Origin: Gemmatimonas sp.
GTDB lineage: Bacteria > Gemmatimonadota > Gemmatimonadetes > Gemmatimonadales > Gemmatimonadaceae
DNA length: 64,000 bases
Reading direction: 5' to 3'
NCBI GenBank assembly: GCA_965279375.1
Contig: OZ257156.1
Span: forward strand, 2,368,001-2,432,000
Shown here: piece by piece, positions 36,733 to 46,803 of the stretch
Position numbering within the stretch: the first letter of the stretch is position 1
How the letters are laid out: each line of letters begins with the position of its first letter
Program-made: the position numbers and the translations under genes
The notes under the pieces: generated by a model
What the model was told of the DNA's origin: nothing
Databases searched by the model: none
What the model saw: the letters and a program-made list of their open reading frames with translations, nothing else

Positions 36733-38370
36733 CTAGTGAGCCATGTCCGCGCCGGGCACGCCGGTCGAGCGGCCGGTCCGCCAGATCAGGAGCAAAGGCA
36801 GCGCGACCACCAGCAGAATGCCGCTGATCAGAAACAGCTTGGAGAATGCCAGCACACTCGCCTGCGCGCTGATCTGCCGGTCCAGCATGGCGATCGCCTG
36901 CTGCTTCGCGACGAGGGCATCAGTTCCGCGCGACATCAGGCCGCGCGCCAGCGCGTTCACGCGCTCCATTGTCATCGCATCGTACGACCCCACATGCTCC
37001 GTCAGCACCGCCTTCTCCACCTTGGAGAAGCGGGAAAGTAGCGTCGCCATGATCGCGATGCCCAGCGATCCGCCCAGCTGACGCATCAGGTTGAACAAGC
37101 CCGTGCCCTGCCCGATGGAACGCACCGGCAAGCCAGCCACCGATGCATTCGTCAGCGGCACGAAGATCAGCCCCAGCCCCACGCCGCGCAGAATCAGTGG
37201 CCAGAAGAGCTGGTCGGTGCCCACATCCAGCGTGATCGACGACAATCGCCACATCGACGCGAGAAACAGAAACGAGCCCACCACCACCAACGGTCGCGCA
37301 TCCACCTTGGACGCCATGCGCCCCATGATCGCCATGGTGAAGGCCGACGCCAGCGCGCCTGGAAGTATCACCTGGCCGGTCTGCCATGCGGTGTAGCCGT
37401 GCAGCGATTGCAGAAACACTGGCAGCACGAACACCGACCCGTACAACGCGAGCCCCAGAAACGCCGCGAACAGCACACCCGGCGCCAGCTGTCGCGACTT
37501 GAGCACGCGGAAATCGATGATCGGTTCGGGCGTGCGCAGTTCGTGCCACACCAGCGCCGCCGCCGAGACGGCGCTCGTGACCGCGAGTGCCAGCACGAAC
37601 TTGGACTCAAACCAGTCGAACCGTTCGCCGCGCTCGAGCATCCACTGCAGCGAACCCACCGCCAGTGCCAACAACACAATCCCGGCCACATCGATCGACG
37701 TGGCGCGCACCTGATGCGCCGCGTTGCGCACGAACGTCCACACCATCCACGCCGCCGCGAGTCCGAGCGGCACGTTGATGTAGAAAATCCACGGCCACGC
37801 GTACGCATCCACGATGTAGCCGCCGAGCGTCGGGCCAAGCGTCGGGCCCACCATCACGCCCATGCCGAAGATCGCTTGCCCCATCCCGCGCTCTTCAGGC
37901 GGGAACGACTCGAAGATCGTCGTCTGTGCCGTCGACAGCAGCGCGCCGCCACCCAACCCCTGCACCACGCGCCACACCACGAGGCCCATCAACGACGTCG
38001 CCGCACCGCAGAAGAACGACGCCACGACGAACAGCAGAATCGAACCGGTGAGATAGCGACGCCGACCGAAATACGACGACAGCCAGCTCGACATCGGAAT
38101 CACGATCACGTTCGCGATGATGTACGACGTGGACACCCACGCGATTTCATCGAGCGTGGCGCCGAGCGTTCCCATCATGTGCGGAATCGCGACGTTCACG
38201 ATCGAGGTATCCACCAGCTCGAGCACCGCGGCCAGCGTCACCGCGATCGCGATCAGATAGCGATTCTTGTACGGATCGACGGCCGGCGCCGAACGGCTGT
38301 TCGTCGCAGCGTTTGACCCCGAGGCTCGCGGCGCAGTGGTCCGCGGGCCGGCCAGCACTGACGTGGACAC
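36733..38370 (-). CDS. emrB: DHA2 MFS efflux permease (EmrB/QacA)
   Basis: DTSIVNVAIP, WVSTSY, GPTLGG, WIFYINVP and RQLGGSLG motifs. Confidence 0.92.
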   Translation of the reverse strand: MSTSVLAGPRTTAPRASGSNAATNSRSAPAVDPYKNRYLIAIAVTLAAVLELVDTSIVNVAIPHMMGTLGATLDEIAWVSTSYIIANVIVIPMSSWLSSYFGRRRYLTGSILLFVVASFFCGAATSLMGLVVWRVVQGLGGGALLSTAQTTIFESFPPEERGMGQAIFGMGVMVGPTLGPTLGGYIVDAYAWPWIFYINVPLGLAAAWMVWTFVRNAAHQVRATSIDVAGIVLLALAVGSLQWMLERGERFDWFESKFVLALAVTSAVSAAALVWHELRTPEPIIDFRVLKSRQLAPGVLFAAFLGLALYGSVFVLPVFLQSLHGYTAWQTGQVILPGALASAFTMAIMGRMASKVDARPLVVVGSFLFLASMWRLSSITLDVGTDQLFWPLILRGVGLGLIFVPLTNASVAGLPVRSIGQGTGLFNLMRQLGGSLGIAIMATLLSRFSKVEKAVLTEHVGSYDAMTMERVNALARGLMSRGTDALVAKQQAIAMLDRQISAQASVLAFSKLFLISGILLVVALPLLLIWRTGRSTGVPGADMAH

Positions 38371-38376
38371 GTGCGC

Positions 38377-39522
38377 CTACTTGACGATCACGTTGGCGAC
38401 GACCGACATCCCCGGACGCAGCGGACGTTCGGCACCCAACCCCTTCGTGATCTTGATGCGCACCGGAACCCGCTGCACGACCTTGGTGAAGTTGCCCGTC
38501 GCGTTGTCCGGCGGCAGCAATGCGAACTTGGCACCAGTGGCCGACGCGATGCTCTCCACCTCACCCTCGGCGGTCGCCCCATACGCATCGACTTCGATAT
38601 CCACCTTCTGTCCCACGTGCACACGCGCGAGCTGCGTTTCCTTGAGGTTGGCCGTCACGTACACGCCGCTGTCCGACACGACCGACATCAGCGTCTGCCC
38701 CGGCTGCACCAGCTGACCCAGCTCCACCATCTTCTTGGACACGGTCCCCGACAACGGTGCGCCGATGCTCGTGAACGACAGCTGCAGCGCCGCGTTAGCG
38801 CGCGCGGCTTCGGCCGCCTGCAAGCGTGCCTTTGCCAGTCGCACGCCGGCCTCGGCGTTGGCAATGCCCGACGTCGCTGCGTTTACCTGACGCTGCGTCG
38901 CCGTGAGCGTGGCCGTCGCCGCATCGAAGGCCGCCTGGGCCGCGTCGAGCTGCGCAACACTGATGATCTGCTTGCCCGACAGCTCCTTGGCGCGCGCGAG
39001 ATCGCTCTGCGCCTTCACCAGATTGGCGCGTGCCGCGATCACCTGCGCGTCGCCGACGTCGCGCTGGCTCGACGCCGAGCGCACCATCGCGTCAGCCTGC
39101 CCCTGCACGCCGCGCGCACCGGCGGTGGCGCGAGCCGCCGCGAGATCTGCTTCGGCTTGTGCCAACCGCACCTGATACTCGCGTTCGTCGATGCGCACGA
39201 CCACGGAGTCTGCGGCGACATGACCGTTCTCCGCCGCGTTCACCGCCGTCACGAAGCCACCGACCTTCGCAACGATGGGGACGATATGTCCATCCACCTG
39301 TGCATTGTCCGTGCTCTCGTGTCCCTGCGCGAAGCTCCAGCGCGTGAAGCCCCACCAGCCGGCGCCGGCGAGCAACACGAGCGGAATCGCAATGCGCAGC
39401 GGATTGCCCGATGTCGCCTTGGCTGGCGACGCGCCGCCGCCGGCAGGTGCCGCCGCATGCGCGCCGGTGCTGGCGCTCGCATCCGGGCGCGCAGGAGCAT
39501 TTTCAACAGTGGGAGTGGCCAT
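38377..39522 (-). CDS. emrA: HlyD/EmrA membrane fusion protein
   Basis: STDNAQV, FALLPPDNATGNFTKVVQRVPV and LRPGMS motifs. Confidence 0.92.
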   Translation of the reverse strand: MATPTVENAPARPDASASTGAHAAAPAGGGASPAKATSGNPLRIAIPLVLLAGAGWWGFTRWSFAQGHESTDNAQVDGHIVPIVAKVGGFVTAVNAAENGHVAADSVVVRIDEREYQVRLAQAEADLAAARATAGARGVQGQADAMVRSASSQRDVGDAQVIAARANLVKAQSDLARAKELSGKQIISVAQLDAAQAAFDAATATLTATQRQVNAATSGIANAEAGVRLAKARLQAAEAARANAALQLSFTSIGAPLSGTVSKKMVELGQLVQPGQTLMSVVSDSGVYVTANLKETQLARVHVGQKVDIEVDAYGATAEGEVESIASATGAKFALLPPDNATGNFTKVVQRVPVRIKITKGLGAERPLRPGMSVVANVIVK

Positions 39523-39542
39523 GAGCAGGATCCGATTGGGCT

Positions 39543-39568
39543 GAGAAATCGCGTGGAGAAATCGCGTG
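39543..39568. repeat. 13-bp perfect tandem duplication (gagaaatcgcgtg x2)
   Basis: Read directly in the tolC-emrA intergenic gap. Confidence 0.8.
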
Positions 39569-39606
39569 AAACGAGAGTGAAGATCGATTGCGTTGATCGA
39601 GCGGAA

Positions 39607-41007
39607 CTAAGGGAGCTGCTGCACCGCTCCGGTGGCGCGCGCGAGTGCTACGCGCGCGCTGTGGAACGATGCGAGTGCGTCGTTGCGCAGCGTCCGCGCC
39701 TGGTTCAATGAGAGCAGTGCGGTGATGACATCGGCGTTGCCCGCTACGCCGGCGCGAAAGCGCTCACGCGCCTGCGCCACTTCCTGTTCCGCAAGCTCCA
39801 GCCGTTCCCGAGCCGCGCCTACCTGCTCGCGCGCCGTCGAGAGGTCCAGCAGCGCGGCGCGCACGTCCAGCGCACTTTGTGCGCGCAGGTCGTTCAGCTT
39901 GGTATCGATTTCGCGCGAGCTTGCGATCTGCTCCTGCACGCGCCCGTCACGACGACCGCCGTCGAACAGTCCGACGGCCAGTTGAATGCCCCACGTGTAC
40001 GTCGGCAGCAGGTGATTCCAGCTCTTGCCGAGCTGCCCCTGGTCCGCCACGAGCGAGAGCTGCGGCGTGCGTTCCCAGCGAATCGCCGAGAGGTTGCGCT
40101 GCGACACATCCTGCAGCGCCTGCAGCGCACGCACGTCGGCGCGCGATGAGAACGCGTGCGATAGCGCCGAGCCTTCGTTCGGCACGACGGCGTCCACGGG
40201 CAGGCTGGCCAGCGAATCCGAGAGCGTCAGCGGTGCATCGAAGGCAATGTTGAGCACGCGCTTGAGTTCGAGCGTGCTGCGATCGCGATCACTGCGTGCG
40301 GCGATCAGCTGCGCGCGCGTCGCTGCCAGCTGCGACTGTGCGCGCGTCACATCGAGCGCGATGCCGGCCCCCGCCTGGAGCTGATCGCGCGCGATCCCCA
40401 ACAGGTCTGCCGCCAGTACCGAATCGGCCACGCGCGCCGCGAGCTGGGCGTCGGCGCGGGCCGCGCGTACGTACGCGGCCGCGGCTGTTGCTGCAGCGGC
40501 TTCGGCTTGCGCGTTCACTTCCGCCGTCGCTGCGCGCGAAGAGGACTGCGCCGCGCGCCACTTGGCCACGCTGCCCAGGTCGAGCAACGGCTGCGTGATG
40601 CGCGCGCGGAGGTCCACCGTCGGCACCGGGCCGATCAGCTGCCCGTTCGGGTTGAGCAGCGGCCTGCCGTCGGGACCGTTGAAGGCAAAGCCGAAGGTCG
40701 CCGAGTTGGTGGTGCGCGAGGCCTGCTGGATGCCGGCGACGATGTCGGGCATCAGCGCGCTGCGCTTCTGTGCGACGCGCGCATCGGCCTGCGCCACGCG
40801 CGTGCGCGCCACGTCCACCGCGCCATTCTGCTTGGCGGCCAGCCGCGCGGCATCGCCGAGCGAGAGGACGCTCTGTGCGCTCGCGCGTGCGACCGGCGCC
40901 AGGGTAGCAACCGTCAGCATGAGCGCCAGCAACGAGCCACGCGTGATTTGCGTCGGCAGGAAGTTCGATCGATCAGAGCGCATGAGTTGGAGCATGGAAG
41001 CCTTCAT
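39607..41007 (-). CDS. TolC-family outer membrane protein
   Basis: Signal peptide; OEP repeats (GLFDGG; ERFRAGVA...DV). Confidence 0.88.
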   Translation of the reverse strand: MKASMLQLMRSDRSNFLPTQITRGSLLALMLTVATLAPVARASAQSVLSLGDAARLAAKQNGAVDVARTRVAQADARVAQKRSALMPDIVAGIQQASRTTNSATFGFAFNGPDGRPLLNPNGQLIGPVPTVDLRARITQPLLDLGSVAKWRAAQSSSRAATAEVNAQAEAAAATAAAAYVRAARADAQLAARVADSVLAADLLGIARDQLQAGAGIALDVTRAQSQLAATRAQLIAARSDRDRSTLELKRVLNIAFDAPLTLSDSLASLPVDAVVPNEGSALSHAFSSRADVRALQALQDVSQRNLSAIRWERTPQLSLVADQGQLGKSWNHLLPTYTWGIQLAVGLFDGGRRDGRVQEQIASSREIDTKLNDLRAQSALDVRAALLDLSTAREQVGAARERLELAEQEVAQARERFRAGVAGNADVITALLSLNQARTLRNDALASFHSARVALARATGAVQQLP

Positions 41008-41804
41008 GAATTCGCACGCGTTGCGTCCGCCACGGCCGAATCGGGGCGGAGGGCGTGCAAGTAGAAATCGAGAATTTCATTGCGAATCCCGTCATCGGAT
41101 GCCGACAACGTCGGGAAGAACTGTCGCCGACCGCACCAGATCGAGTGCATCATCGTGAGCGCCGAGAGCATGCGCGCAGCCGCGTCGGGTTCGATCTGGC
41201 GGAACTCGCCACGAGCGGTGCCGCGTGCGACCACGGAACCCACGAGTCGCTTGCCGCGTGCGACCACTTCGTCGGCGTAGAACTGCATCAGGTCCGGGAA
41301 ATGGTGCAGCTCGCCCAGCACGAGGCGTTGCACGACCTGAAAGCGATCGGAGCGGAGAAAGGCCCACCAGCCGTAGCTGATGCGGCGGAGCTGCGTTTCG
41401 GCGCTCTCGCCATCGGCCTCTTCCAGCCGCTGCTCCGCGGTTTCGATCGCGGCGATGGTTGTGTTGCGCACCATCTCGCGGAAGAGCGCTTCCTTGTTGG
41501 GGAAGTAGAGGTAGATGGTGCCCTTGGCCACGCCGGCCCGCTTGGCGATGTCGTCGAGTCGTGCGCTAGCCAGTCCGCGTTCGCCGAACTCGTGGAACGC
41601 CGCGTCGATGATCTGCTGCGGGCGCTCCTCGGGGGCGCGCCGTCGGCGATGCTCTCCAGCTTCCGGCTCACAACCCAACGGCTCGCAGAGCACCGGATCG
41701 CACGCGGTCGCCGCCAGGGCGGTCGCCGCCAAGGCGGCGTCGACGCCGTCGGGCGTGTCGCCCGGGGCGATCGGGTCGGGGAGCGGGTGCGAATGGGATG
41801 ACAT
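41004..41804 (-). CDS. TetR/AcrR transcriptional regulator with a Cys-containing N-terminal extension
   Basis: HTH DDIAKRAGVAKGTIYLYFPNKEALF; first gene of tetR-tolC-emrA-emrB. Confidence 0.92.
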   Translation of the reverse strand: MSSHSHPLPDPIAPGDTPDGVDAALAATALAATACDPVLCEPLGCEPEAGEHRRRRAPEERPQQIIDAAFHEFGERGLASARLDDIAKRAGVAKGTIYLYFPNKEALFREMVRNTTIAAIETAEQRLEEADGESAETQLRRISYGWWAFLRSDRFQVVQRLVLGELHHFPDLMQFYADEVVARGKRLVGSVVARGTARGEFRQIEPDAAARMLSALTMMHSIWCGRRQFFPTLSASDDGIRNEILDFYLHALRPDSAVADATRANS

Positions 41805-41852
41805 TGCAGCAAGCACTCGTTTCGTAGGGCAAATCTGGCGTGTTTTACTACT

Positions 41853-41868
41853 GACTGACTGGTCAGTC
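41853..41868. promoter_or_regulatory. TetR-type operator palindrome GACTGAC-TG-GTCAGTC
   Basis: Perfect 7-bp inverted repeat in an AT-richer patch about 50 nt upstream of tetR. Confidence 0.75.
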
Positions 41869-41990
41869 TATAAACAGTCACGCCAAACGACAAGCGCGGT
41901 CGGCATTCCGTGACGGAACACCGACCGCGCTTCGTACCTGTGCACGTCCTGCGCCGAAGGCCGCTCGGGCGGCCTCAGCAACCCGCTCGG

Positions 41991-42197
41991 TTAGACCAGG
42001 CGAGCCGTAACCGGGGCCGACACCAACGACGTCTTCTCGCCGCCCTTCTCGCCCGCTTCCGCCTTCTCGCTTTCAAAGTGGCGGTTGGTCAGTACTACGA
42101 TGCCGAACAGAATCGCGCCGATGAACACGGCGCCTCCGATCAGCCCCATGAAGGCGGCGCCCATGTCGCTGCCGGCTGCTTCGTGATGCTGGCTCAT
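41991..42197 (-). CDS. Small single-pass membrane protein (68 aa)
   Basis: One clear TM (FMGLIGGAVFIGAILFGIVVL); high GC3; 19 nt downstream of the PPIase gene. Confidence 0.6.
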   Translation of the reverse strand: MSQHHEAAGSDMGAAFMGLIGGAVFIGAILFGIVVLTNRHFESEKAEAGEKGGEKTSLVSAPVTARLV

Positions 42198-42216
42198 GCG
42201 ATGCCCTATGGTGGGA

Positions 42217-42687
42217 TCAGTCTGCGTCGGCGACGCGCACGGAAATCATGCCGTCGTTCGCGACGATGGTCGGGAGGATCTCGAGGCCGGTCGTCACCTG
42301 ACCGAACACCGTGTGAACCCCATTGAGATGACGCGTGTTGGCCTCGCTCAGCACGAGAAAGAACTGGCTGCCGCCCGTGTTCTTGCCGGCGTGCGCCATC
42401 GAGAGCGCGCCCACCTTGTGCTTGTGCGGGTTACCCGCCGTCTCGCACTCGATCGTCCAGCCAGGGCCGCCGGTGCCAACGCGACGGTCGCCCGCCGGAA
42501 GCTCCTTGGAGAGCGGATCGCCGCCCTGCACCACGAAGTCCGCGATTACACGGTGGAACTTGACGCCATCATAGAAGCCGGAGTTCGCCAGCTTCTCAAA
42601 GTTTGCAACGGCCTTGGGCGCCTCCGCCGGAAACAGCTCGACGGTCAGGGTCCCCTTGTTCGTTTCGATAGTGGCCAGCTTGGGCAC
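42217..42687 (-). CDS. Cyclophilin-type peptidyl-prolyl isomerase
   Basis: FYDG..FHRVI..FV.QGGDP, SMAH.G..TGGSQFF and HTVFG motifs. Confidence 0.95.
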   Translation of the reverse strand: MPKLATIETNKGTLTVELFPAEAPKAVANFEKLANSGFYDGVKFHRVIADFVVQGGDPLSKELPAGDRRVGTGGPGWTIECETAGNPHKHKVGALSMAHAGKNTGGSQFFLVLSEANTRHLNGVHTVFGQVTTGLEILPTIVANDGMISVRVADAD

Positions 42688-42778
42688 GGAATCCTCGGGT
42701 GCGATTGGTACAAGTGAATCGGAAACGTAGCGCAGGGGCGTCCGGGGCCGCTACGCCGGACCCGCCCATGCCCCGCCG

Positions 42779-43501
42779 TTAGCCCTCGGGCAGCTCCACC
42801 GAGGGACACACATCGGCCAACAGGCACTGGCCGCAATCCGGCTTCCGCGCGAAGCAGCGCCGCCGGCCGTGCCAGATCAGCAAGTGCGACAGGAGCGCCC
42901 AGTCTTCCCGCGGAAACAGCGCCATCAGCGCCTGCTCGATCCGGATCGGGTCCGGCTCCCGCGTCAGGCCAAACCGCCGCGCCAGTCGCTGGACGTGTGT
43001 ATCCACGACGACCCCTTCGTTGATGTCGAAGGCGTTCCCCAGGATCACATTCGCCGTCTTCCGTCCGACGCCAGCCAGCGCGGTCAACTCGTCGATCGTC
43101 CGCGGCACCTCGCCGCCGTGCGCGCGCTCGAGCGACTGCGCCATCGCCACCAGGTTCTTCGCCTTGGCGCGATAAAAGCCCGTGGAGCGCACGATCTCCT
43201 CCACAGCGGTCAGCTCCGCCGCCGCCAGCGCGGCGGCGTTCGGATAGGCCTCGAACAGCGTCGGCGTCACCATGTTCACGCGCACGTCGGTGCACTGCGC
43301 GCTCAAAATCGTCGCGCACAGCAGCTCGAACGCATTGCGGTGATCCAATTCGCAGTGCGCATCAGGATACTCGGCCTTCAGTCGCTCGAGGACCACGGCT
43401 GCGAGCTCCCGCTTGGCTGCCATCGTACGCGGCGACTTGGCCACCAGCGGCGCCCTCTGCGACAGCTTCTGCCCCGCGCTCTTGTTCGCCCGACGCGCCA
43501 T
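42779..43501 (-). CDS. nth: Endonuclease III
   Basis: LSAQCTD.RVN, HhH GVGRKTANV, VDTHV and the 4Fe-4S motif C-x6-C-x2-C-x5-C. Confidence 0.95.
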   Translation of the reverse strand: MARRANKSAGQKLSQRAPLVAKSPRTMAAKRELAAVVLERLKAEYPDAHCELDHRNAFELLCATILSAQCTDVRVNMVTPTLFEAYPNAAALAAAELTAVEEIVRSTGFYRAKAKNLVAMAQSLERAHGGEVPRTIDELTALAGVGRKTANVILGNAFDINEGVVVDTHVQRLARRFGLTREPDPIRIEQALMALFPREDWALLSHLLIWHGRRRCFARKPDCGQCLLADVCPSVELPEG

Positions 43502-43511
43502 CAGACGCTGC

Positions 43512-45287
43512 TCAACGGCTCGCGGCTCCGCGCACGACGGACAGCGGTCGGCCACTCCGGCGTGCGCGCGCAAACGCCAGCACGTCGTCGGCACTGCGGC
43601 TGTTGAGGACGTCCGCCGCCTCTAACCATCCCTTGCGCGCCACGGCGACGCCCATCTCCAGGTGCTCGAGCCCTTGCGGCGAATGCGCATCCGGCCCGAT
43701 CGACACCAGCGTGCCCGCCGCACGCGCCAGCTTGCACGCGCGCCAATCGATGTCGAGACGATGCGGATCGGCATTCAGCTCGATCGCGACGCCCACCTCG
43801 CCCGCCTTGGCGATCACCGCCGCCATGTCGATCGCGTAGGGCTCGCGCGTCAGCAGCAAGCGCCCGGTCGGATGGCCCAGAATCGTCAGATGCGGATCGT
43901 CGAGCGCCTTGAGTACCCGATCGGTCATCTGCCGCTCGTTCATGCCATAGCGCGTGTGCACCGAGCCGATGACGAAATCGAAGCGATCCAGGAACGTCGT
44001 GTCGTAGTCCAGTCGACCGCACGGCAGAATGTCCGCCTCGATCCCCTTGAGCACGCGGAAGTCGATCCCTTCCGATGCGAACTGCGCGTTCAACGCATCG
44101 ATCTCCGCATGCTGCTGCACGATCGCGTCGCGCGAGAGTCCCCCCGCGTACGTGTTCGATTGCGAGTGATCGGACACACCCAGATAGCGCAAGCCGCGCG
44201 CTCGTGCCGCGGCCGCCATGTCAGCGATCGTGGCGCCGCCGTCGCTGTAGTGCGAATGGCAGTGCAGCGCACCCACCAGCTCGCGTTCGGTCAACAGCGC
44301 ATCGAACGAACGGAGCGCCGCTTCCTCCACCTCGCCCGCGCCTTCCCGCTGCTCGGGTACGACGTACGAGAGTCCGAGATGCGCATACAAATCACGCTCG
44401 TGCAACACCGGCAGCAACGCTCCATCGGCACCGCGCAGTTCGTCGCCGGCCAGCACGAGGTCGCGGGCCGCCGCACGCTCGGTCATCTGCTTCACGTGCG
44501 CCGCGCTTCCGGTCGCTCTCCAGAACGCCAGCGGAAACTGCTCGGGGCGCACGCAGGTGATGTCCACCTGCACGCCGTCATCGAAGCGCAGTGTCATCGA
44601 TCGACCGCCGCCGCCAAACGCCGTCTGCACGCCGCGCAAATGCGCGAGTGACGCCGCCACGACCGACGGCGCACCACGCACGGCCGCGACCAAGTCGATG
44701 TCGCGGACCACTTCGGCGCGCCGATGAATCGAGCCCGCGATCTCCACCTGCAGCACATCAGGATGCGCCGCGACCGCTGCGCGTACTCGGTCGGCCTCGG
44801 CGCGCGCGTGCTGCCAAAGCACGAATGCGCCAGTCGCGCGCAGATCGGCGATCCCCTTGAGAATCTTTTGCGCCGTGCGCTCACCAAAGCGCGGGAGCGT
44901 GGCCAAGCGACCGTCACGTGCGGCGGCGTCGAGCTCCTGCAGCGACTCGACATGCAGCCCGTCATGGATCTGTCGGATGCGTGCCGGACCAAGGCCGGGA
45001 ACGCGCAACATCTCGAGCAGTCCTTCGGGGGTTTCTTCCTGCAAGCGCTCGAGCAGCGACGAGGAGTTCGTGTCGGCGAGTTCTCGCAGCAGGTCGAGTG
45101 CAGCGGGGGCAAGCGCGTTGCTCGCGAAGCGGTCCTCGCGAAGCGCTTCGTCGAGCGGCGATGAGCCCTGCGCCGCCGCAGCGCGCGCGGCCACCTGCAT
45201 CGCGCGAACACTGAATCGATCCTCGCCGTGCAACTCGAGGAGCGTGGCCACCTGCGTCAGTGCGTGCGCCGCGCCTTGGCAATCCAT
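43512..45287 (-). CDS. polX: DNA polymerase X with PHP exonuclease domain
   Basis: VPGLGP HhH, GS..R...DID and a third Asp (QVD), TGS; PHP motifs HCHS..SDG, SDH, GHPTGR and DAH. Confidence 0.92.
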   Translation of the reverse strand: MDCQGAAHALTQVATLLELHGEDRFSVRAMQVAARAAAAQGSSPLDEALREDRFASNALAPAALDLLRELADTNSSSLLERLQEETPEGLLEMLRVPGLGPARIRQIHDGLHVESLQELDAAARDGRLATLPRFGERTAQKILKGIADLRATGAFVLWQHARAEADRVRAAVAAHPDVLQVEIAGSIHRRAEVVRDIDLVAAVRGAPSVVAASLAHLRGVQTAFGGGGRSMTLRFDDGVQVDITCVRPEQFPLAFWRATGSAAHVKQMTERAAARDLVLAGDELRGADGALLPVLHERDLYAHLGLSYVVPEQREGAGEVEEAALRSFDALLTERELVGALHCHSHYSDGGATIADMAAAARARGLRYLGVSDHSQSNTYAGGLSRDAIVQQHAEIDALNAQFASEGIDFRVLKGIEADILPCGRLDYDTTFLDRFDFVIGSVHTRYGMNERQMTDRVLKALDDPHLTILGHPTGRLLLTREPYAIDMAAVIAKAGEVGVAIELNADPHRLDIDWRACKLARAAGTLVSIGPDAHSPQGLEHLEMGVAVARKGWLEAADVLNSRSADDVLAFARARRSGRPLSVVRGAASR

Positions 45288-45373
45288 GCCCCAATATAAG
45301 GGGCCGGAGCGCACGCGCGTGCTATGCCATCAGCATCGCGTCAGCGGAACTTCAGCGGAGCTTGAGCGGAGCT

Positions 45374-45829
45374 TCAGCTTTCGACGCCGGCCAGCATGCG
45401 GGCCTGACGTACCAGCTCCACCATCTGCTCCTCGGTCAGCACCATCTCCTGCATTGCCGCGTCTCGGTCGAGCAATCCGGTACGCATGCTCACCGCCACC
45501 TGATTCAGGTAGCGGATCTTCGCGAGGACCTCGAGCGTCAGCTGGCGCAGGCCGTGAAAGCGACGCTTCTCGGCGTTGGCGCGGCGATACCGACGGAGCA
45601 GCTCCTCCGGCGTCATGCGCTGGGCGAGCGCCAGCACTTCGTCTTCGGTACGCCCGGGCAGCACCCCGCGATCAGGGATGCCGTTGTTGGCCCAGGCCAG
45701 GTCGGCGAACCAGAGCCGTCCCACGAACTCCACACCGTCGTGCGAGGTGCGCACCGTCACCGTGAACGGACGTCCATCCACGTCGAGCGTGGCGATGGCA
45801 TTCTGCGTGACGCTGCCGAAAGGGATCAT
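45374..45829 (-). CDS. Hypothetical cytoplasmic protein
   Basis: Coding-like codon usage; fills the gap between the hydrolase and polX on the same strand; beta N-terminus and helical C-terminus. Confidence 0.7.
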   Translation of the reverse strand: MIPFGSVTQNAIATLDVDGRPFTVTVRTSHDGVEFVGRLWFADLAWANNGIPDRGVLPGRTEDEVLALAQRMTPEELLRRYRRANAEKRRFHGLRQLTLEVLAKIRYLNQVAVSMRTGLLDRDAAMQEMVLTEEQMVELVRQARMLAGVES

Positions 45830-45860
45830 GATGGAGCGAAGTGGGACAGCGGAAACACCC

Positions 45861-46751
45861 TCAAGTCGGCTCGAAGCGCGCCATGGCCTCGAACAACGCC
45901 TGCGGCTGCTCGACGTACGGAACGTGGCCACAGCTGGGCAATTCCACGAACCGTGCCTGCAATGCCTCCGCGACTGCTTGCGCCGACGCGAGCGGGATCG
46001 GATCCGCTACGCCATGTACGACGAGCACCGGCAGCCGAACGGCACGGGTGAGCGCGCTGAGCGCAGGACGCAGGTCGAAATCGCCCAGACTGTCCCAGAT
46101 CGACTGCTGCACACGCCCGGTCACGCGAAACGGTGTCAGCGCCTCAGCACGGGACGGATCGGCGAAATAGCCAGCCACGCTCAACTCGAAGCTGCGCTGG
46201 CGATACGCCACGGGGTCGCTCTCGCGCAGCCCCGAGGCAGCCAGCTCTGCACGCAGCGCCTGGATCTCCGGGCCACGCAACCGCGCCGCCAGCTCCGTCT
46301 CGAAGTCGTTGCGCCACGCCCGCGTGATCGGCGCCGGCGAGATCAGGATCAGCCGTTCGGGCATGGGCATCGCACCGTCGCTTTGGCTGGCCTCGATGCA
46401 ATAGAGCATCGCCAGCAATGCGCCCCACGAATAGCCGACCAAGGTCGCGGTGCCCATGCCAAGCTCCCGCCACACGAGCGCGAGATCGTCCACCTGCGTC
46501 CGCCAGGTGATCGGCGCCGGGTCGTCCGTCTTGGAGCGACCGCCTCCACGCTGGTCGTAGGTGACCACGCGATGACGGTCGGCCAGTGCCAGCAGCTGTG
46601 GATACAGGTAGTCGTGGTGCGCACCCGGACCACCGTGCAGCAACAGCATCGACGCGCCGAGTTCCGGCCCGTCCTCACGCCAATAGAGCGGCACAGGCGT
46701 GGTCGTCGTCATGCCATCACGACGCGCGGCAGGAATTGCGGGGGCGGCCAT
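45861..46751 (-). CDS. Alpha/beta hydrolase (proline iminopeptidase-like)
   Basis: HGGPG, YDQRG, GYSWG nucleophile, G..D and GH catalytic residues. Confidence 0.85.
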   Translation of the reverse strand: MAAPAIPAARRDGMTTTTPVPLYWREDGPELGASMLLLHGGPGAHHDYLYPQLLALADRHRVVTYDQRGGGRSKTDDPAPITWRTQVDDLALVWRELGMGTATLVGYSWGALLAMLYCIEASQSDGAMPMPERLILISPAPITRAWRNDFETELAARLRGPEIQALRAELAASGLRESDPVAYRQRSFELSVAGYFADPSRAEALTPFRVTGRVQQSIWDSLGDFDLRPALSALTRAVRLPVLVVHGVADPIPLASAQAVAEALQARFVELPSCGHVPYVEQPQALFEAMARFEPT

Positions 46752-46803
46752 CAGGCTATGCTCGTGCGCGGAAATGGAGCGGACATCGAGACGATGCAGC
46801 GAT

